This document shows, piece after piece, positions 48,706 to 58,150 of a DNA stretch of 64,000 nt (the first letter of the stretch is position 1; every line of letters begins with the position of its first letter). The notes under the pieces were generated by a model. That model was given only the letters and a program-made list of their open reading frames with translations, ran no database searches and was not told where the DNA came from. The position numbers and the translations under genes were made by a program. Where the stretch lies: IMG/VR virus record IMGVR_UViG_3300036406_001149, one strand, 5' to 3'. Source of the stretch: a virus.

Positions 48706-49594
48706 TGCCTAGTATTCTTCCTTTTTGGGTCTTAATAACATACCCCATTCTGACCATAAAAGGCTCAATACTATTTTCGATAGTCTCTATCGCAATACCT
48801 GTTAGAGAAGACATACTCTTTAATCCAATTGGATTTAGTTTGTTTTTAGATAATATATCTAAATATAACCTATCATACACATCTAGTCCTCGATGATCTA
48901 TGCCTTGTGTATTAAAAATCTCATCCACAGATGGCTTATTATTAATATGGTATGTTACATAGCTCTTATACCATTGTAGGCGGGCATTTAAAATACGAGG
49001 AGTACCTTTACTTCGTTTTGCAATCTCTAAAAGATCATCATCAGAGATGATAATACCTAGTTTATTCGCATTCAATCTTGCTAGTTTAGCTAGATCACTG
49101 TCACTATAAAATGACAAATGTTCTTTCATAGTAAATCTATCATAGAATGGTTGACTCAGACTACCTCCACTCGTAGTTGCTCCAATAATAGTAAACATTG
49201 GAAGATCAATAGTTTCTGGTTTATTTTCGATAACTAAAGATAATACAAAATCTTCCATAATAGGATATAGAAATTCTTCAACAATTTTTGGCAATCTATG
49301 AATTTCATCTATAAACAATACTGATCTTGGAGCTATCCCCATTAAATATGGTAATAGATTTTTAATGCTTCTAATATTAGCCCCATTGACTGTGTAAAGA
49401 TTTACATTTAGTTCTGTTGCTATAGCACTCGCTATGGTTGTTTTACCAAGACCTGGAGGCCCATCTATTAAAACATGAGGCATAACCCCACTAGCATCAG
49501 ATCCTTTAAATGCACTAGAAACTATTTTTAGTCTACTGATAACATCGTCCTGACCAATAATATCTTCAAAACGAGAAGGTCTAATAGTATTCAT
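48677..49594 (-). CDS. ruvB: Holliday junction branch-migration ATPase RuvB
   Basis: IRPSRFEDIIGQ, GPPGLGKTT, FIDEIHRL, GATT, DRF, GTPR, EP.MVR.G winged helix. Confidence 0.95.
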   Translation of the reverse strand: MNTIRPSRFEDIIGQDDVISRLKIVSSAFKGSDASGVMPHVLIDGPPGLGKTTIASAIATELNVNLYTVNGANIRSIKNLLPYLMGIAPRSVLFIDEIHRLPKIVEEFLYPIMEDFVLSLVIENKPETIDLPMFTIIGATTSGGSLSQPFYDRFTMKEHLSFYSDSDLAKLARLNANKLGIIISDDDLLEIAKRSKGTPRILNARLQWYKSYVTYHINNKPSVDEIFNTQGIDHRGLDVYDRLYLDILSKNKLNPIGLKSMSSLTGIAIETIENSIEPFMVRMGYVIKTQKGRILGNVKSQISST

Positions 49595-49995
49595 ATAGCA
49601 GCACTTCCAAAGTTAGATAAACAATGTTTAATAAGTTTGACGCAATCAATTTCCTGTGTTTCTTCAAAACTTTTTTCTATCAGAGATATCGCTTCTGATT
49701 CTGAGAAACCGTATTGAGATAGTATATGAACAGCATTTGTTTTTAAGTTCGTAGGAATACTCTTCTTAGAGGATACTTTCTGTGTGGGGTGTTTATTTTG
49801 TAGCTGTACATAGATGATTTTTATACCCTCAATAGGTTTGGGTTTGTAAATACTCCCACAATCACACACAATTTTAAAATTTGGAGTTTGACTTTCTTTT
49901 AATGAAAGCCAGTGTTTAATTTGACATTCTGTACATTCATATATAAAGTGTACATCATAATCAATCGGTTTCAGGTTTTTCTTGCGATGTTTCAT
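49591..49995 (-). CDS. Zn-ribbon protein with RuvA domain-III-like C-terminus
   Basis: CxxC...CxC N-terminus; AVHILSQYGFSESEA...KLIKHCL resembles the RuvA CTD (AL..LGY...EA...LIR.AL). Confidence 0.65.
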   Translation of the reverse strand: MKHRKKNLKPIDYDVHFIYECTECQIKHWLSLKESQTPNFKIVCDCGSIYKPKPIEGIKIIYVQLQNKHPTQKVSSKKSIPTNLKTNAVHILSQYGFSESEAISLIEKSFEETQEIDCVKLIKHCLSNFGSAAI

Positions 49996-50392
49996 TATTT
50001 TTTACCCAAAATATAAAGTCGTTCGATTCGTTATCATAAGCTGTTTCCAATAAGCCTTTATTTACTAATGTATTTAGCATATTGCTAATCATTCTACTAT
50101 TAAAACATTCTATCATCTCCATATATTTCTTGTTAGATAATATGTATCTATATTTTTTTGTTTTCTTATTAACTTCTGTCGTAATAAAATCTTTAGCTAA
50201 CACCTCACATTCTTGTTGACTCAATACTGTGTCTATTTCTTGCTTTTCTTCTTCAGATAAGTCTGATAGTAAAAGAGATAATTCGTCTATATCTTGTTGA
50301 TTTGTATTTCCAAAAATATCAAAAACTAATACTCTGGTTGACTCTATAAACTTTTTTAAATCATCTATGATATACCATTCATCTTTTTGCAT
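49961..50392 (-). CDS. Hypothetical protein
   Basis: ORF; LVNKGLLETAYD..DFIFW C-terminal winged-helix-like segment. Confidence 0.6.
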   Translation of the reverse strand: MQKDEWYIIDDLKKFIESTRVLVFDIFGNTNQQDIDELSLLLSDLSEEEKQEIDTVLSQQECEVLAKDFITTEVNKKTKKYRYILSNKKYMEMIECFNSRMISNMLNTLVNKGLLETAYDNESNDFIFWVKNNETSQEKPETD

Positions 50393-50396
50393 AAAT

Positions 50397-50810
50397 TTAG
50401 TTCAGTATATCGAACAATCCTTTGTAATAGTGAGGTTGTTGTAAAAAGTATACTGGATGACTTTCTATATGTTTTCTATATATCATATTAACAGGATCTG
50501 ATACAAAGTATTTATTTTTCCATATAGGTTGACCCTGATAGTTATTCCCCAAATACTGGAAGGTATCACCCTTACCAGTATTGGAGAAGTAACTATTCAC
50601 AGGAACCGATTTGTATGGAAAACCGTACACATCCGGCATAGTATACCATGTGTTTGGCGAAGAATCAACTATTTCGTTTAACGCATCGTATAGCCATTTT
50701 CCCCAAACATCCCACGCTGCTGGATCAAACTTAAAGTAATATTTATAGTTTTTTGGTACATCGTCATAATCATGTTCATCGTCATCATTATAGCTATAAT
50801 CTTCATGCAT
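50397..50810 (-). CDS. Hypothetical protein, acidic N-terminus, aromatic-rich
   Basis: ORF in operon. Confidence 0.55.
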   Translation of the reverse strand: MHEDYSYNDDDEHDYDDVPKNYKYYFKFDPAAWDVWGKWLYDALNEIVDSSPNTWYTMPDVYGFPYKSVPVNSYFSNTGKGDTFQYLGNNYQGQPIWKNKYFVSDPVNMIYRKHIESHPVYFLQQPHYYKGLFDILN

Positions 50811-50814
50811 AGTA

Positions 50815-51972
50815 TTATCCTATACAAAACTTGTCACTGATTTGTGAGGCTAGGTCTTTAGCAGCATTAGACAAGAATCTGTTATTGCTAAAGTAGAGAG
50901 GCGTTGAGACTTGATTAAGGAACTCCACGACCGTTTTTAAAAGCTTGGTCTGGGAACCGTCAAGATCTAAATCTTCGCCCCCAGCGTCAATAGGAAGAGA
51001 CTCAAGAGTGTCCGTATCGTCCTGCGTTACAGGGGATACTGGAGTAGGATCACCATAAGCCTTCTGAAAACCCCCACAGAAAGGATGACCATAAACAGGC
51101 TTGATATTATCAGTACTGTTAGTATATGTTTCAAGACTTAAAGACTTCATCTGATTTGCAATATTTGTGGCAATATTAACTGCTACTGGAACTCCAGTAA
51201 TATCAGACCTTTTATAAGCCTTGGCATATTCTTTAAACCATTCGTCGCTAGTCTTATTTGCAACAATATTAACAACAGCAGACACTCCATCAAGAGCTTC
51301 TTTAAGCTGTTCAATATTTACCGGATTACCAGTTGATCCCGACAGAATACTGGTAAAATAAGGTTGCTTTCCTTCCCAACCCTTCCTCCACCAAGTATAA
51401 GGGATTCTATAAATCTGATTGATTTTTATAGCTCGGGCATCACCACCAAAGTGATTTACAAGCTTCTTTTGAATACCATTCCAATAAGTCTTGTGAGGAT
51501 TAATATTGTTTTGGTTGAGAATCCAATAGCACTGATAACCATTACGAGTATCAACAACCCAACTTGGCTTTACTGGAAAGTTATTAATCTGGTTCAAGAA
51601 TTCCTTTTTCTTTTGCATGACAATACTAGGCTTAAAATAACGACCTTGATCATCTCGCCCAGCGTCCATATCAACAAAACAAGCACGAATTCTACTAATA
51701 GCATACTGCTTACGTCCACCATTAACATAGAAGTAAGCATCAGCACCTTGACTATCGTTGGCAATAGCAACAGTGGTAAGATGATCTGTATGATTCATAC
51801 TACTGATCTTCTTACGAGGATCACCATTGTAGCAGAAAATCTGCTGACCACCAAAAGAATCAAAAAACTTATTTCGCAAAGTAATCTGATCTCTTGTTCC
51901 AATAGCACTATGAGTCTTATCGAACGGATTAAAAGCCAAAGTATCACTAAACATTTGTTTTCCTTTTTCCAC
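50815..51972 (-). CDS. RepB'/AEP-like DNA primase domain protein
   Basis: FVDMD, VVDTRNGYQCYW, GDARAIKINQIYRIP; start may be the ATG at 51954. Confidence 0.7.
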   Translation of the reverse strand: MEKGKQMFSDTLAFNPFDKTHSAIGTRDQITLRNKFFDSFGGQQIFCYNGDPRKKISSMNHTDHLTTVAIANDSQGADAYFYVNGGRKQYAISRIRACFVDMDAGRDDQGRYFKPSIVMQKKKEFLNQINNFPVKPSWVVDTRNGYQCYWILNQNNINPHKTYWNGIQKKLVNHFGGDARAIKINQIYRIPYTWWRKGWEGKQPYFTSILSGSTGNPVNIEQLKEALDGVSAVVNIVANKTSDEWFKEYAKAYKRSDITGVPVAVNIATNIANQMKSLSLETYTNSTDNIKPVYGHPFCGGFQKAYGDPTPVSPVTQDDTDTLESLPIDAGGEDLDLDGSQTKLLKTVVEFLNQVSTPLYFSNNRFLSNAAKDLASQISDKFCIG

Positions 51973-51989
51973 TTCCTACCTACAATTTT

Positions 51990-52028
51990 GATATTGGGAC
52001 AGTAAACACTACCGTCAAAAGCAATATC
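51990..52028 (-). other. Intergenic two-stem hairpin
   Basis: GATATTG/CAATATC outer stem and GACGGTA/TACTGTC inner stem. Confidence 0.6.
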
Positions 52029-52033
52029 TTAAA

Positions 52034-52114
52034 AGATGGTAACGGAATCGAACCGTTATTGTACGATAGCAGAAACTATATAGGTGCTATCTTACAAGTT
52101 ACCAAACACCACCT
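52034..52114 (-). ncRNA. tRNA-like RNA (acceptor stem + T-arm, no canonical D-stem or anticodon loop)
   Basis: AGGTGGT/ACCATCT 7-bp stem; AACGG-TTCGATT-CCGTT T-arm; central GATAGCA/TGCTATC hairpin with 13-nt loop. Confidence 0.6.
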
Positions 52115-52127
52115 TGACTATCAAGAA

Positions 52128-52997
52128 TCAATACTGATCATCCTCATCGTCATAATCTTCATCCTCATCCTCGTCATCATCTTCTTCGTCAAACTGATCC
52201 CAATAACTCTCGTCATAATCATTCAGATAATCTTCCTCATCGTCCTCGTAATCATCCTGACTAAAATCAGCCTTGTAAAGAGGCTTGAGCAATTCGCCCT
52301 CATACTCACCAACTACTTCGTAGCGACAAGTGCGAAGCTTTTCATAGTTGCAATCACTAGGGACACTGACAACATCCTTGGGATTAATCTTGACGATCAC
52401 AATGCGGTCGCCAGCCTCAAGACTACCATAACCAGCAACATAATTCAATGCTCCAGCATGAAGCCCATTAGAACAACCACGACCACGATCATCGTCTACC
52501 TTTGCTCGTTGCATTTGGCAGACCTGACCAACCCTGTTATCAAAAACTCCCCTATACTTATCCTTAAAGTCTGAACGAACAGCCTTATAAGCGAGGAAGA
52601 AACCATCCTCAGTGATAGGCAGATGCTCATGCTCCAAGAAATCATACAGTTCCTTCTGACTCTGCATACTTGGATTTTCCATGAGATTATTCAGGAAATT
52701 AACAAGGGGCTGAAACGGCAATCCCTTGCTCATAAACTCCAGAATACGCTTACTAATACTACCATGAACTTCCTCACCCTCGTAGAGAACCTGTCCATTC
52801 TTGATCTCTACAAGACCATCACTAAAAGTAGCAACAGCCTTTTGAATATCAACAACTTCCAACAGTTCCTCTGCCGTAGCAGTAGGAAGTCTTTCCAGAA
52901 TCAACTTATAGTTGATATGATCCGGCAAAACCTGATAACTCTGGTTATTAAGAACCAGCGTCAAATTACCATCCACAAACATAAACGGAACAGCCAT
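52128..52997 (-). CDS. rIIB: rIIB-like protein
   Basis: LMENPS, LPITEDG.FLAYKAV, VDDDR..GCS.GLH, KINPKDVVSVP.D, CRYEVV; acidic tail. Confidence 0.9.
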   Translation of the reverse strand: MAVPFMFVDGNLTLVLNNQSYQVLPDHINYKLILERLPTATAEELLEVVDIQKAVATFSDGLVEIKNGQVLYEGEEVHGSISKRILEFMSKGLPFQPLVNFLNNLMENPSMQSQKELYDFLEHEHLPITEDGFFLAYKAVRSDFKDKYRGVFDNRVGQVCQMQRAKVDDDRGRGCSNGLHAGALNYVAGYGSLEAGDRIVIVKINPKDVVSVPSDCNYEKLRTCRYEVVGEYEGELLKPLYKADFSQDDYEDDEEDYLNDYDESYWDQFDEEDDDEDEDEDYDDEDDQY

Positions 52998-53044
52998 AAT
53001 CCAAACTCCTAATACTTTGTAGTTACGATACCTGTGATACTGTC

Positions 53045-53072
53045 ATTTTACACTAATCGACAAGCTTGTCAA
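53045..53072 (-). promoter_or_regulatory. sigma70 promoter for rIIB
   Basis: TTGACA-16nt-TAAAAT; 12-bp palindrome GACAAGCTTGTC overlaps the -35. Confidence 0.7.
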
Positions 53073-53093
53073 GGGGTCTTGAGAAATTTCTGA

Positions 53094-55769
53094 CTACTTG
53101 ATCAAACTACTCAACTGAATCTTAAATAGGTCAATATTCTCCTGACTCATCTGCTCAACCCAATCCCTGCTCTGCTTTCCATAATATGAGCGATCTTCAA
53201 TAATAGGATTCTGATTAGATTTAAGGTCTACCAGATTACCAGAGACTTGATGATTTCCCATAATAACCTTGAGCATAGGATTCTTGTCTACCTCAGTTTT
53301 AATCTTTTCCCTAATCTCAGAGATTCTCCATCTCTTCAAATCTTCCGTAGAAGTTCCACGGATAATCTTTAGATAAGCATCTGACTTACTATCACCAGCA
53401 TACAAGTAATTAACAATCATTTTTGTCAAGGTGTTGTAGGCCAAATTAGCATTACGAATCTCCTTGCCATCAACATTATCAATACCAACCTCTTTCATAA
53501 GCTTAGAGATATGGGAAAGATATTCTGTTTGATTAAACCTTGGAATATTAAAAGGACTCACATGAACAGTATTAGCAAAGAACTCTGTGAGCATGGTCTT
53601 ATTCAAGCAATCCACAAGAGTTTTGTTATTAATAAACTTATCATAATCCAGACCAAAGATATTCAGAATATGAAACATAAACTGCTTATCTGTTGTTCCG
53701 TGTTGATAATATCTGTATCCTCCGGTACTCCTCTCCTCTTCTGCGTAATCCTTCTTGCAATATTCAACAAGCTTGTTAATAGAAGCAAGATTCTTAAAGT
53801 GTTTTTGTGCTACAACTTTGAGTTGACGCTTCAGAAAAACATTGAAGTTAATAAGATTGTAGTTATCTTTCTCAAGCTTTTTAACGAAAGCTGTTTTGAT
53901 AGCATAAATCTTACTATTGCCAATCAAGTCCTTGACTATGCTCTTTAACGTATCCTCTTGAAGAGTTCTACTAATACTATTGATTTCTGGACAACCAGAC
54001 TCAGGTTCAGTTCCATACCTCAACATGGGAACATAAATAATCTCATCTTGTTCCAGAAAGTTTTCTAGTTGTTCTTCTGAAAGAATTCTTAGATGCGTAG
54101 CATCATTATAAGGATTAGTAATCTGCTTACTATCCTTATCATAGCCGTGAATAAAGAATACGTCTTGGTCGCTGACACTACCGTTAGAATTTCTATTGTA
54201 AGACTTTCTTGGGCCAGAACTTTGTGTCAGATGCTTATAGTCTGAAACCTTGAGCAAATTTTCAGCCCCAACATCTTCGATCAGTTGATCAAAACCTTCA
54301 TTGCTTTTTGTATGATCCTTAGTGTCGATCATCAGATAAGCAAAGCAATCGTTAGCATTGCAATATCTTGTGAGAATTTTCTTGGCACTTTCTTCACTAG
54401 CAACGTCGCACACAAAGAAAGCCATTGTACCCTTTTTCTTCTGGTTATTCCAATAATAGGAACCTTTACCAGTAAGAGTTTCGTGATGGATTCTATCTGT
54501 CAGAGCAACTTGGCGACGAGAACGATAGCCAGCAGTCTTGTAATTAAAAACGTACAGACTCTTACCGGCAGGAATTTTATATTCCAAGTCATTGCCAGAG
54601 TTGATAGGATGATCTTTACCCTTGGGATCAGTCCAAGTTGCACCAACACCCCAGCCGCCAGCCAATTCATTCATAGTATAATATGAAGTAATTGCTTCTA
54701 CTTTGTTCTTGGACGCTTGAATTTTCTTGGAGAATTCTTCCTTCATCTCCATATAAATTTCTTGGGTCTTTTTACGCAGAGTCTTAATTACGTCCTTAGT
54801 ATACTGCAAACCTTCACGGGAAACATCCATTTCCAGTTCACCGATACCAAAATCAAGCTCAAGATATAGGCCAGAATTAAGAATCTCTCCCACAAAGCTC
54901 TTCCAAGAATCAATATCTGCTTTCTGGAAAGCTCTATTCCACTTCTGAATATGATCGGGCATTTCTTCCTTTTCTTGACCAACAATCTGTGCGGTCTGAA
55001 CAGGATAGGCAATATTACCCATGATAGCTACGATACCACTATCAATTCGATGATAATTGCTGGGGAAATAACTGTTGTCATTATTAAGACGGCAAACTCT
55101 CCAACCTTCACCACTGATAATGATATTGGTGTTGCTGTACTTATGATCTTGCAGATTATTCCCGATACCACCTTCAAGGATGGGTTTCATGCGAAAATAA
55201 TGGAAGATTCTCTTAGCCTTATCAGTAAACTCTTGAAAGTCATGCTGCTTAACAGCAAAACTAATCTCAAGACCATTAGGCTCAGATGTAGTAGAAGTAT
55301 TAAAAAGATTCAGAGTAGGAACACCACTCTCGTCAATCGCTGCAATGTAAGTATACTTCTTTCCGTTGAAGTATGATGCAGTAGTAAAACTCTTGGTATA
55401 TGCGAAGGGACTCTTAGACCCTAGACCAAGACAACCAACAAAATCATTGCTATCATTCTTGTTGGATGCTCCGTAGGTTGTATACAAGTCCTCCATATCT
55501 TCCTGACTAAGACCAGTACCATAATCTCTCACAACAAAAGTGGGATTAGCAGCAGTGGGCAAAGTAACCTTGAAGGGATTCTTATTCCCGGCAGAGATAT
55601 GACTATCATAAGCATTAGTAGAAAGCTCACGAATCGCAGCCATAACCTTATCAGAATAAAGGGAGTCTGAAAGGATTTTAAACATTTTGCTCGTCTGAGC
55701 AATATTAAACTGATTCCTGCTTGCAACGCCAACGCTGTGAGTCTCAATCGTCCTATCTGCCAACTTCAT
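53094..55769 (-). CDS. rIIA: rIIA-like protein (N-terminal GHKL ATPase)
   Basis: FKILSDSLYSDK.AAIRELSTNAYD, RDYGTGLS, GCLGLGSKSPFAY, ISREGL-like VSREGLQY. Confidence 0.9.
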   Translation of the reverse strand: MKLADRTIETHSVGVASRNQFNIAQTSKMFKILSDSLYSDKVMAAIRELSTNAYDSHISAGNKNPFKVTLPTAANPTFVVRDYGTGLSQEDMEDLYTTYGASNKNDSNDFVGCLGLGSKSPFAYTKSFTTASYFNGKKYTYIAAIDESGVPTLNLFNTSTTSEPNGLEISFAVKQHDFQEFTDKAKRIFHYFRMKPILEGGIGNNLQDHKYSNTNIIISGEGWRVCRLNNDNSYFPSNYHRIDSGIVAIMGNIAYPVQTAQIVGQEKEEMPDHIQKWNRAFQKADIDSWKSFVGEILNSGLYLELDFGIGELEMDVSREGLQYTKDVIKTLRKKTQEIYMEMKEEFSKKIQASKNKVEAITSYYTMNELAGGWGVGATWTDPKGKDHPINSGNDLEYKIPAGKSLYVFNYKTAGYRSRRQVALTDRIHHETLTGKGSYYWNNQKKKGTMAFFVCDVASEESAKKILTRYCNANDCFAYLMIDTKDHTKSNEGFDQLIEDVGAENLLKVSDYKHLTQSSGPRKSYNRNSNGSVSDQDVFFIHGYDKDSKQITNPYNDATHLRILSEEQLENFLEQDEIIYVPMLRYGTEPESGCPEINSISRTLQEDTLKSIVKDLIGNSKIYAIKTAFVKKLEKDNYNLINFNVFLKRQLKVVAQKHFKNLASINKLVEYCKKDYAEEERSTGGYRYYQHGTTDKQFMFHILNIFGLDYDKFINNKTLVDCLNKTMLTEFFANTVHVSPFNIPRFNQTEYLSHISKLMKEVGIDNVDGKEIRNANLAYNTLTKMIVNYLYAGDSKSDAYLKIIRGTSTEDLKRWRISEIREKIKTEVDKNPMLKVIMGNHQVSGNLVDLKSNQNPIIEDRSYYGKQSRDWVEQMSQENIDLFKIQLSSLIK

Positions 55770-55809
55770 CTTATTTCTCCAAAAGTGTTATCGTTCCTGT
55801 GATGGCTCA

Positions 55810-55838
55810 AGTATATCATCGGCAAACCGTCTTGTCAA
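55810..55838 (-). promoter_or_regulatory. sigma70 promoter for rIIA
   Basis: TTGACA-17nt-TATACT. Confidence 0.85.
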
Positions 55839-56086
55839 GCATCACTTTTCTTTTGTTGTCTGTCTGAGATTATTTTAAAGCCGATGGCTATGTCTATCAG
55901 ACCCATAACTTTTAAAAAGACCACAGGCAAAGTGAATGTCAAACCACCAACCAATATACAGAGAAGTCCCATTATCCATATAACAATCTTTGGCATCCAA
56001 TCAAATAAAGATAAGATATAACTTAATGGCCCAATAATGAGCACAGAGAAAAAAATTATTGTTACTAGTAGAACTAAACTAGCCAC
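55835..56086 (-). CDS. Small multi-TM membrane protein
   Basis: Three hydrophobic segments. Confidence 0.6.
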   Translation of the reverse strand: MASLVLLVTIIFFSVLIIGPLSYILSLFDWMPKIVIWIMGLLCILVGGLTFTLPVVFLKVMGLIDIAIGFKIISDRQQKKSDA

Positions 56087-56397
56087 TAGCTTTCATCCTC
56101 CTCTATGTCATTATCGTATCCTTCGTAATCCTCTGGTTCATGATCATCGTCGTATGGACTCCACTCTGTGTTATATTTGTCTTCTTCTTCTTGTATATGA
56201 TCCTCAAGAATTTCCGCAGCATCCATAATAATTTCAAATTCTTGAATCTTATCTAAGACAGTTAGTATCTTGCTATTGATCTGTTTAATATATTTCTTAA
56301 CGTCTTGTAATTCTTTACTAATACGATTATCTAAACTGTCTACAGTTTTAGAGATTTTATGAATTTCTTTAAGTATGTCGTTGTAGTCTTTATTCAT
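56086..56397 (-). CDS. Coiled-coil protein with acidic tail
   Basis: ORF composition. Confidence 0.6.
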   Translation of the reverse strand: MNKDYNDILKEIHKISKTVDSLDNRISKELQDVKKYIKQINSKILTVLDKIQEFEIIMDAAEILEDHIQEEEDKYNTEWSPYDDDHEPEDYEGYDNDIEEDES

Positions 56398-56422
56398 AAG
56401 AATTATTTGCCGTATTATGGGT

Positions 56423-56746
56423 TTAGTTTTTATACTCCTTTATATCGCCATTTTCAATAATTTTTAAGTCTTCGTATGGTGTTGCTATTCGACGATAAAA
56501 TTCTTGCTTAATATTCTCTAATACACCAGTAATCATAGCAATTTTAGAATACGAAACCTCTCCCATAATACCGCCTAAAATACGAGAAAAAACATAGTTA
56601 ATATCTCCACAAATTTGTAAAAATTCTTGGTTAGAAATACTTCTATTTTGAGGATTGGAGTTTGGTATATTCGTTTTTAAACAAGTCACCATACTGTCAA
56701 TACAACTATCTAAATTAGTTCTGTTTTCTTCTTTAATATATGGCAT
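56423..56746 (-). CDS. Conserved hypothetical phage protein
   Basis: MPYIK..R, GDINY, EFYRR..PYED.K..NGD. Confidence 0.7.
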   Translation of the reverse strand: MPYIKEENRTNLDSCIDSMVTCLKTNIPNSNPQNRSISNQEFLQICGDINYVFSRILGGIMGEVSYSKIAMITGVLENIKQEFYRRIATPYEDLKIIENGDIKEYKN

Positions 56747-56758
56747 AATTTTTAAATC

Positions 56759-57277
56759 CTAGCAATGACAATAATAGTCTAAACAATATGAACATAATGG
56801 GCCTGGGTCTGGATTTCCCCAAGCATTTGCATAACCATCAAAACTTTCTTTTCCAGTGTCTATACAAACCAACTTCTTTTTCCCTTGTCTATTAACTAAT
56901 CCTATATTAGAAAAATGACAATCCCAAAACTTTAATTGGGTTTTAGTAAATATCTCATCTACTAAATCTTGTATCCGTTTAGGAGAGACGATGCCTTTCT
57001 TATCTATTGGTCTAGCTATCTCTGTTAAATACCCCCAGCCGCTTGTCTGATTAGGAAATAATTCATGATATTTTAGTCTACATATTACAGAATATATCCT
57101 TGGGGCTAGATTAAGTCTGCTTAATTTTAACTGAATTTTTCTAGAATATTTAGCTCTAGGTTTTGATATAAATTCTTTGAAACCCAAAAGCGGCTCATCT
57201 CTAATCTTAAAGAGAGCACAATAACCACCATCATTCATCCCAAGAGAAAGATCAATTAGATATTTAGAATTTATCAT
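56759..57277 (-). CDS. Minimal protein-kinase-like protein
   Basis: DGGYC Gly loop, GFKEF Lys, YLTE hinge, DCH..N catalytic loop, IDTG for DFG. Confidence 0.72.
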   Translation of the reverse strand: MINSKYLIDLSLGMNDGGYCALFKIRDEPLLGFKEFISKPRAKYSRKIQLKLSRLNLAPRIYSVICRLKYHELFPNQTSGWGYLTEIARPIDKKGIVSPKRIQDLVDEIFTKTQLKFWDCHFSNIGLVNRQGKKKLVCIDTGKESFDGYANAWGNPDPGPLCSYCLDYYCHC

Positions 57278-57278
57278 A

Positions 57279-57599
57279 TTAGTAAGAAATAATCTGGGGA
57301 ACTTCACCCGTAAGATGATACAAAAAGGTTTTTGCTTTATCTATAGAGTAAAACTCACCAAGAAAAACTGTTCCTGGTACTCCATTTGGATCATATATTA
57401 TTGATCCATATATCTGATAGAATGGATCGTCATAAGCATCTTTTTCTTTTTCTAAGAATTCTGCGGCAGTTCTGACTTCATCTATATAAGTACCTCCCTC
57501 ATAATCACTATACTCTCTTACTGTTACAAGTAAGAAATATTCTATAGGAGACTTGGGGTTGTTGTTCTTAATTCTACCATTACATAAGGTATTACCCAT
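57279..57599 (-). CDS. Hypothetical protein
   Basis: ORF in operon. Confidence 0.55.
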   Translation of the reverse strand: MGNTLCNGRIKNNNPKSPIEYFLLVTVREYSDYEGGTYIDEVRTAAEFLEKEKDAYDDPFYQIYGSIIYDPNGVPGTVFLGEFYSIDKAKTFLYHLTGEVPQIISY

Positions 57600-57912
57600 G
57601 ATTTTTCCTATAAAGAGGGACTACAGTATTTTGATCAATATAGGGATTGTTTTGAGTTCTCAAGTCAAACAAATCGCCACGATCATTAGTTCTAGCCCAA
57701 GCAACAGGACTTTCAAGAGAATCTTTTAAAGATTGCATCTTTAGCCTTTTAAGTTCATCCTTAGCGTTTTGAACGAAGAAAAGATCAGCCCCACTTGCCC
57801 AAGCAAAATCAATAATACTTTCAAGAGGATTAGCGTGTTTTTCCATATAAGTTGCCAGTTCTATAAAAGTCCTTCTTATACCATCTTCCCAGTTTTCATG
57901 TTCTTCTATCAT
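57592..57912 (-). CDS. Hypothetical protein
   Basis: ORF in operon. Confidence 0.55.
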   Translation of the reverse strand: MIEEHENWEDGIRRTFIELATYMEKHANPLESIIDFAWASGADLFFVQNAKDELKRLKMQSLKDSLESPVAWARTNDRGDLFDLRTQNNPYIDQNTVVPLYRKNHG

Positions 57913-58133
57913 GCAAATCCGATACGAACCTTATCCACAACTGTTGATTCTATCTGATCAGGATTAAAGTGATCTTTGGTATATGAACGACCACTCCACC
58001 AACCACACTCATAAATAACAGTATTATTAGAACCAATATTTATTCCAACTATTGTTCCAAACACATCTTCCGCCAACTTTACTTGGCTACCAATCTTATA
58101 TAATTCTATAGTATTCTTACTCATATTACTCAT
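57909..58133 (-). CDS. Small SH3/KOW-like hypothetical protein
   Basis: YKIGSQVKL..GTIVGI..YECGWW. Confidence 0.55.
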   Translation of the reverse strand: MSNMSKNTIELYKIGSQVKLAEDVFGTIVGINIGSNNTVIYECGWWSGRSYTKDHFNPDQIESTVVDKVRIGFA

Positions 58134-58150
58134 ATGTCTCCTTTGTATTT

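Noticed and set aside
52128-52270. GAT/GAC/GAG-rich repetitive DNA at the rIIB end
   Set aside because: Simply encodes the acidic protein tail.
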